Assembly (NCBI GenBank): GCA_963169855.1
Contig: CAUJCN010000002.1
Location: forward strand, 645,608-709,607
Direction: 5' to 3'
DNA length: 64,000 nt
Source: Patescibacteria group bacterium
GTDB taxonomy: Bacteria > Patescibacteriota > Dojkabacteria > J137
Positions 51,443 through 60,893 of this stretch are shown in pieces. Position 1 is the stretch's first letter. Each line of letters opens with the position of its first letter. A program made the position numbers and the translations under genes. Under the pieces are notes generated by a model. The model had not been told where the DNA came from. It saw only the letters and a program-made list of their open reading frames with translations, and made no database searches.

Positions 51443-51913
51443 ATGAAAAAACTATTAGGCTCTCTCGCTGCAGTGCTTTTCTTTGTAGCTACTCCGCTAG
51501 TTAACACAGTTAGTGCACAAGATAATTTAATTTGTACAGTATTCCCATTTTTAAAGAATATTGGAGCATTCGGTATTAGCAACATCTGTGGAGGATTAAC
51601 AGATGAACAGCCAATTAACGAAGCAAGAAACTTAATTCAATTCGGATTAAATCTTGTATTTGTTGGAATTATTATCTTGGCAATTTACATAATTGTAAAA
51701 GCTGCCATTAACTACATCAGAAGTGAAGGAGATGATGAGAAGATCAAAGCTGCTAATAAATCAATTAAAGCAGTGTTCACAGGAATTATCGCTTTATTCG
51801 TTGGCATTTTAGGAATCATTTTGGTTCTTGCAATTTTCAACGCAACTGGAGCAGTAAATAATGATTTACCTGAAGGAAACTTTTTAGACCAAGATAATTT
51901 CGGTCCACAATAA
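51443..51913 (+). CDS. VirB2/TrbC-like pilin paralog 5
   Basis: Signal peptide; TM1, loop RSEGDDEKIKAANKSIKA, TM2. Confidence 0.55.
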   Translation: MKKLLGSLAAVLFFVATPLVNTVSAQDNLICTVFPFLKNIGAFGISNICGGLTDEQPINEARNLIQFGLNLVFVGIIILAIYIIVKAAINYIRSEGDDEKIKAANKSIKAVFTGIIALFVGILGIILVLAIFNATGAVNNDLPEGNFLDQDNFGPQ

Positions 51914-51915
51914 AA

Positions 51916-52653
51916 ATGAAATTTGTACGATTTCTAATCACAATAGGAATCATATTCCAAATAGTAGTGAGTCCTGTAAATGCCCAAATACAGGACTCTC
52001 CTTTTTCAGGAAATGATGCAAGTTCTTATCAATGTTTCGATAAGAACGGTCAGCCTGTAATTGACGATGGAGTTCCTCCACCATTAATTGTTAAAGATCC
52101 AAATTTAGATGTTTTCATTTGCGATACTAACGGAAACGGAGTATTAGATGCAGATGAATTAAGAGCTGTTCTTATTCCACCTAAACTTCAAGCAATCGAA
52201 GTCTGGTTTGTAAGAATTATTTATGTAGCTTGGGCTTTAGTTGGAGCATATTCATTTTACTTGTTAGTAGCCTTAGGTTACCAAGTAATGATTTCCAGAG
52301 GAGACCCAACATCTCTGCCAAAAGTTCGACAAAGAATTATCAATTTTATAATTGGATTTGCGTTAGTGTTCCTTGCAGTTCCTATCCTAGACACATTCTT
52401 CAGATTGTTAGGAATTAACAAGACTGTAAGTTGTTACGATGTTCAAATGCCAGGATTCCAATTCTTCTTTACAACACTTTGTAGCGGTAGCGATCCTTGC
52501 GCATTCACAGAAGCAGAAATTGGCGATGGAATTGTATGTCCTATTAGAAATGAATCTGTAAGGTGTAGTAGAGGAACAGAAAATTTCCTTTACGTTTGCG
52601 ATAACGATAGGCAAGTCTGGACTGGTGGAAGAACTGGTACTGGAGGAATTTAA
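51916..52653 (+). CDS. VirB2/TrbC-like pilin paralog 6 with Cys-rich N- and C-terminal extracellular regions
   Basis: Signal peptide; TM1, loop SRGDPTSLPKVRQR, TM2; C-terminal about 90 aa with 9 Cys. Confidence 0.5.
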   Translation: MKFVRFLITIGIIFQIVVSPVNAQIQDSPFSGNDASSYQCFDKNGQPVIDDGVPPPLIVKDPNLDVFICDTNGNGVLDADELRAVLIPPKLQAIEVWFVRIIYVAWALVGAYSFYLLVALGYQVMISRGDPTSLPKVRQRIINFIIGFALVFLAVPILDTFFRLLGINKTVSCYDVQMPGFQFFFTTLCSGSDPCAFTEAEIGDGIVCPIRNESVRCSRGTENFLYVCDNDRQVWTGGRTGTGGI

Positions 52654-52658
52654 GAATT

Positions 52659-54149
52659 ATGGAACTAAAAATAAAGTCTTACAAAATTGGTGAATCCACG
52701 CACATAGACGATTTTACAATCGTTAGTCCTTTTGTGGATCTTGTTCAAGAACTGAAAAATATCGAAACACTTATTCCAGGAAACGAAGTTAGGGAAATAA
52801 TTTTGACAATTGAAAACGAACCAATAATAATTAAAAAAGATGGGGAAGCTCAATCTGTAGATATTGTTTTCAAGGACAAAACTTTCGAAACGCTTGAAGA
52901 CTTATTCAAGGAAACATTTAATATTCAATTTCTACTAAACGAATGGGCTGGTAGTTTTATAGACGCATCATTAGAAGGTTTCGAGGATCAACAATCTTTA
53001 TCAGATTATATTTCAGCACTAGAACAATCAGACGATCAAATCATAAATGAAGCTCAGCTTGGTGTGGATCAATTGATCTCTCAAACTAATGAATCGGCAC
53101 CGGAAGATGCAAAAATACATTTGTTCAAAATCCAAGAACTAGGTCAAAAGATAAACGAATCGGATCAGAAACTCAGAGCATTTAACTCATATCAAAAAAA
53201 CTTAGATAAAAGAAAAATGATTAGGGATAACATTCAAAGAGAAAAAGAAAGATTAGTTCAGATTGCAACAGGATCAAAAGACTTAATTGAATCTAAATCA
53301 AAACTGCAAAACGAAATTACTGTAATGCTTGGGGGAGATAATCTCGATCAATTAAAACAAAAAACTGAACAAGTTAAGCAGAGCAGACTTTCAAAGCTTT
53401 TTGGGTATCTTACCGATACGACCTCAATGTATAAATTTGAAGAGGAAGAAAAAGAAAGAAAATTACGAATTCCTAAAGCGTTCGTAATTTTGCTTCTTAC
53501 TCAAACCCTTGCTTCTGTAGCAATGTTTTTCTTTACTGCAGATTTAATCGTGTTCCTGTACATGGTTTTATCTTATGTAGTGATAATTACTGCAGGAATT
53601 ATTTTCCAAATCTACTCTTTTGATCGATTAGGAACAATTGAGGGATTTGTAGAGGAAACAAAAACTAAGAAATTCAGTTTTAAGAACGATTCTTCTGAAG
53701 AAAAGTATTTGATTAAAAATGCATGGGTTGATGCTTTGAGTAAAGACTTGCAGGAAGTTGACAGATCGCTTTCCGTGAGATTAGGAAATACAACTTACGA
53801 TGAACTTCAGAACAAACTAACGAACTTAGAAAAAGATTCTGCGAATTTGAGTGATGAATTAAAAAAGATGGAATCTGAAAAAATGGATCAGGATGATTAC
53901 TATAAATTTAGAAGAGAGTTCGATATTTTCACAATCGAAAGAGAGAACCTGCTCGAGAATCTGAAGGGAAAGATAGACAATCAAGTGTTGGAGAATATAA
54001 AATATACAATAGCACAAATTGACGAGGCTAGGCGTGAAGCCGATAAACCAAAATTAAAGTTGCCTTTTATTATTTTTAACCTAAAGGAAAAGAATCAGTG
54101 GACAAAGGATATCGTGGCGAAAAACAATCAAATACTCTTCATAGAATAG
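52659..54149 (+). CDS. coiled-coil protein with two central TM helices (cluster component)
   Basis: ORF; heptad-rich, TMs AFVILLLTQTLASVAMFFF / LYMVLSYVVIITAGIIFQIY. Confidence 0.4.
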   Translation: MELKIKSYKIGESTHIDDFTIVSPFVDLVQELKNIETLIPGNEVREIILTIENEPIIIKKDGEAQSVDIVFKDKTFETLEDLFKETFNIQFLLNEWAGSFIDASLEGFEDQQSLSDYISALEQSDDQIINEAQLGVDQLISQTNESAPEDAKIHLFKIQELGQKINESDQKLRAFNSYQKNLDKRKMIRDNIQREKERLVQIATGSKDLIESKSKLQNEITVMLGGDNLDQLKQKTEQVKQSRLSKLFGYLTDTTSMYKFEEEEKERKLRIPKAFVILLLTQTLASVAMFFFTADLIVFLYMVLSYVVIITAGIIFQIYSFDRLGTIEGFVEETKTKKFSFKNDSSEEKYLIKNAWVDALSKDLQEVDRSLSVRLGNTTYDELQNKLTNLEKDSANLSDELKKMESEKMDQDDYYKFRREFDIFTIERENLLENLKGKIDNQVLENIKYTIAQIDEARREADKPKLKLPFIIFNLKEKNQWTKDIVAKNNQILFIE

Positions 54150-55906
54150 TTGCCCTTATTCTCGTTTTTGTATCAGCAACTTCTCCTGTACTTGCTAGAA
54201 GTTCATCTGAAATTGGACAAGACATTATCGACAAGCAAAACGAGATTGCTGCCAATCAAGAAAGACTTAAACAATCCGAAGCAAATAAAGCTTATTACGA
54301 ATCTGAATCTGCAAATCTGGCAGATGGAGTTCCTAAGCTAGAAGCTCAATTAAAAAAATTAGAAGAAGAGTTGAATGGAATAAAACTGGAAATTAGTATT
54401 TTAGAACAGCAACAAAAGTTAAAGGAACTCGAAAGAGAGCGAACACAGTTTGCTCAAAACGAAACTATTAAAGGCTCGTACATGGATTGGAAAAGTACCA
54501 GTCACGACGTAAGAATGTTTATTGACGAAGAGATAGATTTCTTAAAAATTCAGCAATATCAAAGCACAATTGCAGGAAATCAAGGTAAAAGCATTGATAA
54601 TCTAACGAATGAGTTAATCAAAATCGACGGTGAGATGACGGTGCTTGCTCAAAAGAAACAAGAGTTGGATGCGAAGCAGTTAGAAATTTCTGAACAGAAA
54701 AGACAACTCGAGGAACGATTGAATCAATTGAAATGGGGAGCTTTGGCAGAAGCAGGAAACATCACAGCATTGGGCTCTTCGATTAAACAGGCGGTGGCAG
54801 ATATTGCAGTGCTTTCAGCAGAACAAAGGGCGGCTTTAATTAGAGAGCAGGAGATTCAACAGAACAACCCAGGTTTACAAAATTCAGCGGGATGCGACGG
54901 TGCTTCGGTTCCTACAGGAAGTTTCTACTTCTGTGGAAATGGAAGAGATTTGTATCAAGGACACGGAGTTGGAATGAGTCAATACGGAGCTAAAGGAGCT
55001 GCTCAGAAAGGCGAATCAGCAGAAAGTATTTTGAATTTCTACTACTACGGAGCTACTGTTTCTACAATTGCAGAACCAGCAGAGATTTCAATCACGTATT
55101 GCCAAGGGAGTTCTTGGTTGGCAGAAACTTACAACAACTGTAACTATAATGGAAGTAATTACGGCCCAGTTATTACGGAAAGAATTGCATTAGTTGATTA
55201 CTTGGGAGGTTTAGGAGAAATGCCGTACAGTTGGCCTGAAGAAGCAAGAAAAGCTCAAATGATTGCAGCTAGGACATATGCTTTACGAAGAACAAACAAC
55301 GGAGATCCTAATTATCCAATTTGTTTGACTGCATCTTGCCAAGTCTCTAAAGTCAAATCGGGAGAAAATTATGAAAGACCTTTGGCAGTTGCAACCGCAG
55401 GAAAAGTTATTTTGCACAACGGTGGCTACATTGATGCTTTGTATTCTGCTGATAATAGTCAGAATGCTGGAACCGCAGATTGCGGAACTAGATTCCAAGA
55501 TGTTTATGGAAATCCAAACTTCGGGTGCGGTCCATATCTGGTTTCTGTAAACGATAATCATTGGGCATGGGACTCTAGAATGTACGGATGTTCTGCTAAT
55601 GGAGTAGCAACTCCTTGTGGTTTATGGCCTTGGAAAACAAGAACTTATACATATGCTCAATTCGATGAATTCTTAACTTGGGTTAGAGGAAATCTTTACT
55701 GGGAATTTGCTTCTGTAGGAAATACAACATATATTAGCTTTGAAAGAGATGCTTCTGGTAGAATCAAGAGAGCTAATATTCTAGGAACTGGAGGTTCGCT
55801 TTCAGTTGGAGGTTGGTGGTTCAAGAATGCTTGGATCGAATGGACTGCAGCTAGAGGAGAATATGATTATCTTTACAGTCAAACTTTAAATGTTGTTCAA
55901 CTATAA
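54098..55906 (+). CDS. SpoIID/LytB-domain peptidoglycan-remodelling protein with signal peptide and coiled-coil N-region
   Basis: GHGVGMSQYGAKGAAQKG and AQMIAARTYALRR (SpoIID/LytB family motifs). GTG start at 54098 overlaps the upstream gene; a signal-peptide-like segment IVALILVFVSATSPVLA follows. Confidence 0.75.
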   Translation: MDKGYRGEKQSNTLHRIVALILVFVSATSPVLARSSSEIGQDIIDKQNEIAANQERLKQSEANKAYYESESANLADGVPKLEAQLKKLEEELNGIKLEISILEQQQKLKELERERTQFAQNETIKGSYMDWKSTSHDVRMFIDEEIDFLKIQQYQSTIAGNQGKSIDNLTNELIKIDGEMTVLAQKKQELDAKQLEISEQKRQLEERLNQLKWGALAEAGNITALGSSIKQAVADIAVLSAEQRAALIREQEIQQNNPGLQNSAGCDGASVPTGSFYFCGNGRDLYQGHGVGMSQYGAKGAAQKGESAESILNFYYYGATVSTIAEPAEISITYCQGSSWLAETYNNCNYNGSNYGPVITERIALVDYLGGLGEMPYSWPEEARKAQMIAARTYALRRTNNGDPNYPICLTASCQVSKVKSGENYERPLAVATAGKVILHNGGYIDALYSADNSQNAGTADCGTRFQDVYGNPNFGCGPYLVSVNDNHWAWDSRMYGCSANGVATPCGLWPWKTRTYTYAQFDEFLTWVRGNLYWEFASVGNTTYISFERDASGRIKRANILGTGGSLSVGGWWFKNAWIEWTAARGEYDYLYSQTLNVVQL

Positions 55907-56545
55907 ATGAATCCTGCTTATAACCCAGATGCAAAAAAAATGATGATGATCCAGAAAATGGATCAAATTGTACCTAAATCTAACTTAGGATTTTTTGGGT
56001 CTGTTCAATATAGACCAAAAATGAGTTTTGAAGGTCAAAATAGAAACGAGAAAGTTTACATCATGGCAAGAAGACACTGGTTAACTAATATTGGATGGAT
56101 TTTCAACAACTTCATTTATCTTTTGATTCCCGTTATAGCGGCTTTGATATTAAATATTTTTGATACAAGGCTTCCAGAATTAAACAGACAAATCTATGCA
56201 GTGATTGTTCTAGGATACTACTCATTTGTTTTTACGAACATGTTTAAGAACTTTATTGATTGGTATTACGATATTTACTTTGTAACAAACGAAAAAGTTA
56301 TGGACGTTATTTTCAAGCCTTTTGCTTCTTATCAAATCGAAGAAATTCCTTTGGTCAGCATAGAAAGTGTGAGAGAAAAAACTCCTGGAGTATTGGCATC
56401 ATTATTCAACTATGGGAATATTACAATAACTACCGAAGCAAACGACAGAACTATGATATTCCCATACATTTCTCGACCTACAAAGGTTAGAGATATTATT
56501 TCAGACTTAGCTTTTGTGGCTAGATCATTCAACAATGGAAATTGA
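55907..56545 (+). CDS. membrane protein with bacterial PH (bPH_2/YdbT-like) domain
   Basis: Two TMs followed by YDIYFVTNEKVMDVIFKPFASYQIEEIPLVSIESV...GNITITTEA pattern. Confidence 0.5.
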   Translation: MNPAYNPDAKKMMMIQKMDQIVPKSNLGFFGSVQYRPKMSFEGQNRNEKVYIMARRHWLTNIGWIFNNFIYLLIPVIAALILNIFDTRLPELNRQIYAVIVLGYYSFVFTNMFKNFIDWYYDIYFVTNEKVMDVIFKPFASYQIEEIPLVSIESVREKTPGVLASLFNYGNITITTEANDRTMIFPYISRPTKVRDIISDLAFVARSFNNGN

Positions 56546-56753
56546 TTTAACGGCGATAATTGGACTGGTAAAAATATTTGCAATAGTAGTTGCTTTATTT
56601 CATTTGCTTGCAGGATTGTTTATCACAAGGCAAATTACAAGAATGAACAGGATAGTAAAAACTCAAAATGGAGTATTCATTTTTTTTGTTGCTGTCGGAT
56701 ACCTGATTTTACTTTCAGTAGTTCTACTGCTAATTATTACAATTCCTGTTTAA
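56514..56753 (+). CDS. small two-TM membrane protein
   Basis: ORF only. Confidence 0.3.
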   Translation: MWLDHSTMEIDLTAIIGLVKIFAIVVALFHLLAGLFITRQITRMNRIVKTQNGVFIFFVAVGYLILLSVVLLLIITIPV

Positions 56754-56783
56754 GAATTTTTAAAAATTCTATATACTGAACAT

Positions 56784-59627
56784 ATGGCAATTAAAGCAGA
56801 CTTTATAACCGGTAAACAAACTTTTGGAAATTGGGCGAGAGTATTCGCCTTTGTTCCTGAGGATCAATCAGGAAAAGAAATGTTTGTAGTGGCTAAGATC
56901 TACGTGGATAGTGATGAATTCAATCTTGATAATGCAGGAAAACTTCTTTTAGACGAACTTCAAGGAATCTATTTCACCGATACAAAGGAATACGCGGACC
57001 AAGTTAGTAGACTTGAAAACGCACTTTGGAAAATGAAAGGAAAGATGGAGTATATTCTTTCTAAAGAAGAATCTCTTGTACAAAAAGGTTTAGATATAGA
57101 ATTAGCAGTTGTAGTTTATGATGAAAGTTTTGCTTATGCAGCGATTGTAGGAGAGAGTAGAATTAAGATTTTCAGAGAAGGAAAACTAATTGATATTACA
57201 GAAGCACTTTCAGACGCTGCAGATTCTGGATTCTTCAAAACAGGAAGTCTAGAATTAGATGAAAACGACAGATTATTCTTGATCACATCTCAAGCATCAA
57301 AAGAGTTTGCAGATAAAGAATTGACTTATGGAGCAAGTGTATTAGCTTTCGACAAATTAAAAGCAGCTTACCCGGAATCTTCAGAAGGTACAGCAATGAT
57401 GATGGTTTACAAGGATTCAGCAATTCCTCTAGAAGTAGAAGAAGAGTCTGAAGTTGCTGCCGATCTTTCAGAGGAGGAAATTGAATCTAATCCTAGCCAA
57501 CTTGCTGGAAACAAACCTAGCGCATCTACAGCCCCAAATTTTGGTAGAGAAACAATGTCTGCAGTAACAGAAGTTTCTAGAATGACTATGTTCGGAGAAA
57601 AACTAAAAATGTTCTCTTCAATTGCAAAAGAAAATTTAGTTAAAGCAGGAAATTTCACAAAAGGAAAATTGATTGTATTAAAAGACAAAGTTATAGAATT
57701 AAACAACAAGAGACAAGGTAGAGAAGTTGAACAATTTGAAGAAGAATCTGAAGGAGAATACGAAACTATTCCTACTCAGGCTCCTGGGCAAAGAAGAGTC
57801 GCAGCAACACTTCCTGTTGTTCCTGCAGCAACTTCAAGATTAGATGATGAAGAAGGAGAAAACTTAGATTATTCTGATCCTGCAGTTAATGATTCTCAAA
57901 CAACTGAAGTTCCTCAAGAAGAGAACTCAGAGCTAGTTTCTGAACAACCTGTAGAACAGGCAGAAGTAAATCCATACGAAGAAATGGAATCTCATAATTT
58001 AAATGATGAATCGATTCACGAAGAATACGGGGAAGAACTACAGGCAGTAGATACACAAAGCAGATTAAATGATGAAGAGTACGAAGAGGATTACGAAGAT
58101 GAGGGATCACAGGAATTTGAAGATGAATCAGCACCAATGCCAGCAGTTCAACAAAGAATGATGCAGAGAAATATTTCTCAAGAACCGCAAGGTCTAAAAG
58201 ATAATGTATTAGGAAGAGTTTCTGGAGTTAAAGAAAAACTAACTGGATTCTATCAGAATAAATTAGGAAAGAATGGGGGAAGTACTATCTCAACAATATT
58301 CCAAAACATTCTTTCAATTCTACGAGAACTTATTACGAATGGAATTGAATTATTCAAAAAAGAAATTTTGGGAGTTGGAGATAACAGAAGAGACAGATTA
58401 ACTAGAGCAAAAAGAAGACGAAGAAACAGAATCATTTTGATTATCATAGTGATTGTTCTGTTTATCGTAATCACAAATTCGATTAGAAGTGCTCAAGAAG
58501 CTAGGGCTCAACAAGAACAATTAGATACAGCGAAATCAAAACTTACAGATTTCCAAAGCACTTATAGAACTTTGGACGCGAAAGTAAGTACAGCTAAAGC
58601 TGGTGGAGATGTTGGAAAGCAAAACTTGATCGCAGATCTAGACAGATTAAATGCAGAAATCAATGTTCAAAAACGAGATGGATTATTAGTCGATGATTTA
58701 AATACAGTTCAAAAGAATATCGAAACTACAAAAGACAAAGTATTAGATGTTGTTTCAATCACAACACCACAAGTTCTAGTTGATGTAGGAAAGAGTTATC
58801 CTGATGCGAATTTAGCAGATATTGAATACTCAAATGGAGGAGTCTACATTGCAGACCAAGGAAGAAACTTGATTTACAGAGTAGCAACAGCTTCGTTAAA
58901 TGGAGTTCCTCAGAGTTTTGTTTCTGGATTAGCTCAGCCATATGCTTTGGTTAGAAATGTAGATGGAGATATTATTTTCTACGATAACGATACAAGCTCA
59001 GCAATGGGAGTATTCGAATACGACAAAGAAAATAGCTTGAGTAGATACCCAGGATTATCAGCAAGTAGTATTGGAAAAGTTACTGAATCTTCATTGTTCA
59101 GTGGAAATAATTCACTTTACGAAGTAAGAGGATCAACAAGTCAGATTTTCAAAAGAGATCAAACAGGAGGAAGTTACGTTAGTGGAGGAGCAACTCAATC
59201 GGGAGAATTTAACACAAACTGGAGAGTAGACCCAGACTTTACGAACGCTGTTGATATCGCAACACCATACGAGATTTACGTGTTAATCAAAGGACAAGGA
59301 ATTAAGAGATACTTTGCAAGAGAAGCAAATACTTTGACAACAAACTTGTTATCAAATATTTCTCAGGCAGATATCAGTGCTGTTCAAAATGGATCATCAC
59401 TTGATGTAGTGGATTCATTTGTAGCTGTGGGAGATCCTGCAAACAAGAGAGTATTCTTGTTCAGAATTGATGATACAAACGAGAAAGGCTTAACTTTGAT
59501 TAAGCAATATGTTTACAGAGGAAATGAGAATGTATTTACAGATTTAGATGAGATTGTAATTGTGCCAAACGAAAGTGCATTGTATGTTCTTGATAATTTG
59601 AAGGTGATTAAATTACCTTTACAATAA
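56784..59627 (+). CDS. large (947 aa) multi-domain protein: N-terminal PP2C-like (probably inactive) domain, acidic linker, TM, coiled coil, C-terminal beta-propeller-like region
   Basis: LAVVVYDESFAYAAIVGESRIKIFREGKLIDITEA...DENDRLFLITSQ resembles a PP2C/SpoIIE fold with DSR changed to ESR; E/D-rich 220-330; TM IILIIIVIVLFIVITNSI. Confidence 0.4.
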   Translation: MAIKADFITGKQTFGNWARVFAFVPEDQSGKEMFVVAKIYVDSDEFNLDNAGKLLLDELQGIYFTDTKEYADQVSRLENALWKMKGKMEYILSKEESLVQKGLDIELAVVVYDESFAYAAIVGESRIKIFREGKLIDITEALSDAADSGFFKTGSLELDENDRLFLITSQASKEFADKELTYGASVLAFDKLKAAYPESSEGTAMMMVYKDSAIPLEVEEESEVAADLSEEEIESNPSQLAGNKPSASTAPNFGRETMSAVTEVSRMTMFGEKLKMFSSIAKENLVKAGNFTKGKLIVLKDKVIELNNKRQGREVEQFEEESEGEYETIPTQAPGQRRVAATLPVVPAATSRLDDEEGENLDYSDPAVNDSQTTEVPQEENSELVSEQPVEQAEVNPYEEMESHNLNDESIHEEYGEELQAVDTQSRLNDEEYEEDYEDEGSQEFEDESAPMPAVQQRMMQRNISQEPQGLKDNVLGRVSGVKEKLTGFYQNKLGKNGGSTISTIFQNILSILRELITNGIELFKKEILGVGDNRRDRLTRAKRRRRNRIILIIIVIVLFIVITNSIRSAQEARAQQEQLDTAKSKLTDFQSTYRTLDAKVSTAKAGGDVGKQNLIADLDRLNAEINVQKRDGLLVDDLNTVQKNIETTKDKVLDVVSITTPQVLVDVGKSYPDANLADIEYSNGGVYIADQGRNLIYRVATASLNGVPQSFVSGLAQPYALVRNVDGDIIFYDNDTSSAMGVFEYDKENSLSRYPGLSASSIGKVTESSLFSGNNSLYEVRGSTSQIFKRDQTGGSYVSGGATQSGEFNTNWRVDPDFTNAVDIATPYEIYVLIKGQGIKRYFAREANTLTTNLLSNISQADISAVQNGSSLDVVDSFVAVGDPANKRVFLFRIDDTNEKGLTLIKQYVYRGNENVFTDLDEIVIVPNESALYVLDNLKVIKLPLQ

Positions 59628-59651
59628 TTAGAATTCAATTTAGCTTAGACA

Positions 59652-59699
59652 GATCCCGCTATGGTTCGAGTGCCTCACCATGACTGCGGGATCTTTTTT
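59652..59699 (+). terminator. rho-independent terminator
   Basis: GATCCCGC...GCGGGATC stem with inner ATGGT/ACCAT stem, then TTTTTTC. Confidence 0.7.
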
Positions 59700-59752
59700 C
59701 TACTCAGTGTATTACGCAATCATGTTATTATTATGCATATCAATAAATAAGA

Positions 59753-60208
59753 TTGAAGACTTTAAGCACAAACAAAAAAGCATATTTTGATTACGAAATT
59801 CTGGATAAGTACGAAGCTGGAATAGAACTGTACGGCTGGGAAGTAAAGTCAATTAAAAGCACAAACTTCAATATTGCTTCCGCATATGTAACTCCAAGAG
59901 ACTACGAGATGCTTCTTGTGGGAATGCGAGTAGGACTATTAAAAGAGTCGTTCACTCAAGATAAGAATTTAGAAACAAGAAATCGAAAACTGCTTTTAAA
60001 TAAAAATGAAATCTTTCAAATAGTTTCTAAAACGAAAACCAAAGGACTTACGATCGTTCCACTGGAAGTATATTTAAATGACAGAGGCTACATTAAAGTT
60101 TTAATTGGAACAGCAAGAGGAAAGAAGAAATACGAAAAGAAAGACAAGGTTAAGAATAGAGACCTAGTAAAAGATTTGGAACTAGATAGGAAGCAGTACA
60201 ATTTCTAA
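59753..60208 (+). CDS. smpB: SsrA-binding protein SmpB
   Basis: KKAYFDYEILDKYEAGIELYGWEVKSIK, LLLNKNEI, basic C-terminal tail; TTG start. Confidence 0.85.
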   Translation: MKTLSTNKKAYFDYEILDKYEAGIELYGWEVKSIKSTNFNIASAYVTPRDYEMLLVGMRVGLLKESFTQDKNLETRNRKLLLNKNEIFQIVSKTKTKGLTIVPLEVYLNDRGYIKVLIGTARGKKKYEKKDKVKNRDLVKDLELDRKQYNF

Positions 60209-60232
60209 ATAGCTATATGATAAACTCAAGAT

Positions 60233-60793
60233 ATGGATGATTCAAAAACAATACAAAGTCAAAGTATAAAGCAGTTAATTGCTTACCTAGAGAAATTCGG
60301 ATTTAAATATTTAGGTCCAGGAGAGAATGGAGATGTTCTTTTTACTGCTCCAAACGGACAAGCAGTAACTGGCGAAGTTGCCTACAGATTTGTGAAAACA
60401 CAGTTAGCCCAACCTGCGAGCCAAGGAAGTGGAAGCCCAGAAACACTAAACATGCCTCAGAACATTCCTCAGATCGATCAAACTTTTGAATCAAATATTG
60501 AAATTGAAAAAGGTCCAGAAGAAGGAAAAATTGAAAGAGCTTCTGAACAAAAAGATGCAAATTCGCAATCATTGAGTGATCTGAAAGTAAAGAATAGTTC
60601 TCCAAGAATGAAGATTGCTAAAACAGCAATACCAATGCCTTTCGGGGATGGCTTTACACCAAAGACGTTCAAACCAGATGATACCAAGAGTATTCAGGAT
60701 TTTATTTCAAAGAAAGCTAGTGCAAATCATAGCGATCCAGAAGTGTGGCTGAAAGTTCTTTGGGAAAAATTCTTAAAAGAATTAGCTGCATAA
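60233..60793 (+). CDS. hypothetical protein (186 aa)
   Basis: ORF only. Confidence 0.35.
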   Translation: MDDSKTIQSQSIKQLIAYLEKFGFKYLGPGENGDVLFTAPNGQAVTGEVAYRFVKTQLAQPASQGSGSPETLNMPQNIPQIDQTFESNIEIEKGPEEGKIERASEQKDANSQSLSDLKVKNSSPRMKIAKTAIPMPFGDGFTPKTFKPDDTKSIQDFISKKASANHSDPEVWLKVLWEKFLKELAA

Positions 60794-60893
60794 TTCATAA
60801 TCTTCCGTTTTCTCACTTTATTATTAAAACTTGCATTGTTTTGCTGTAAAATAATAAAACATACAGACGAAAGTCCGTAAATTTTTGTTGTAT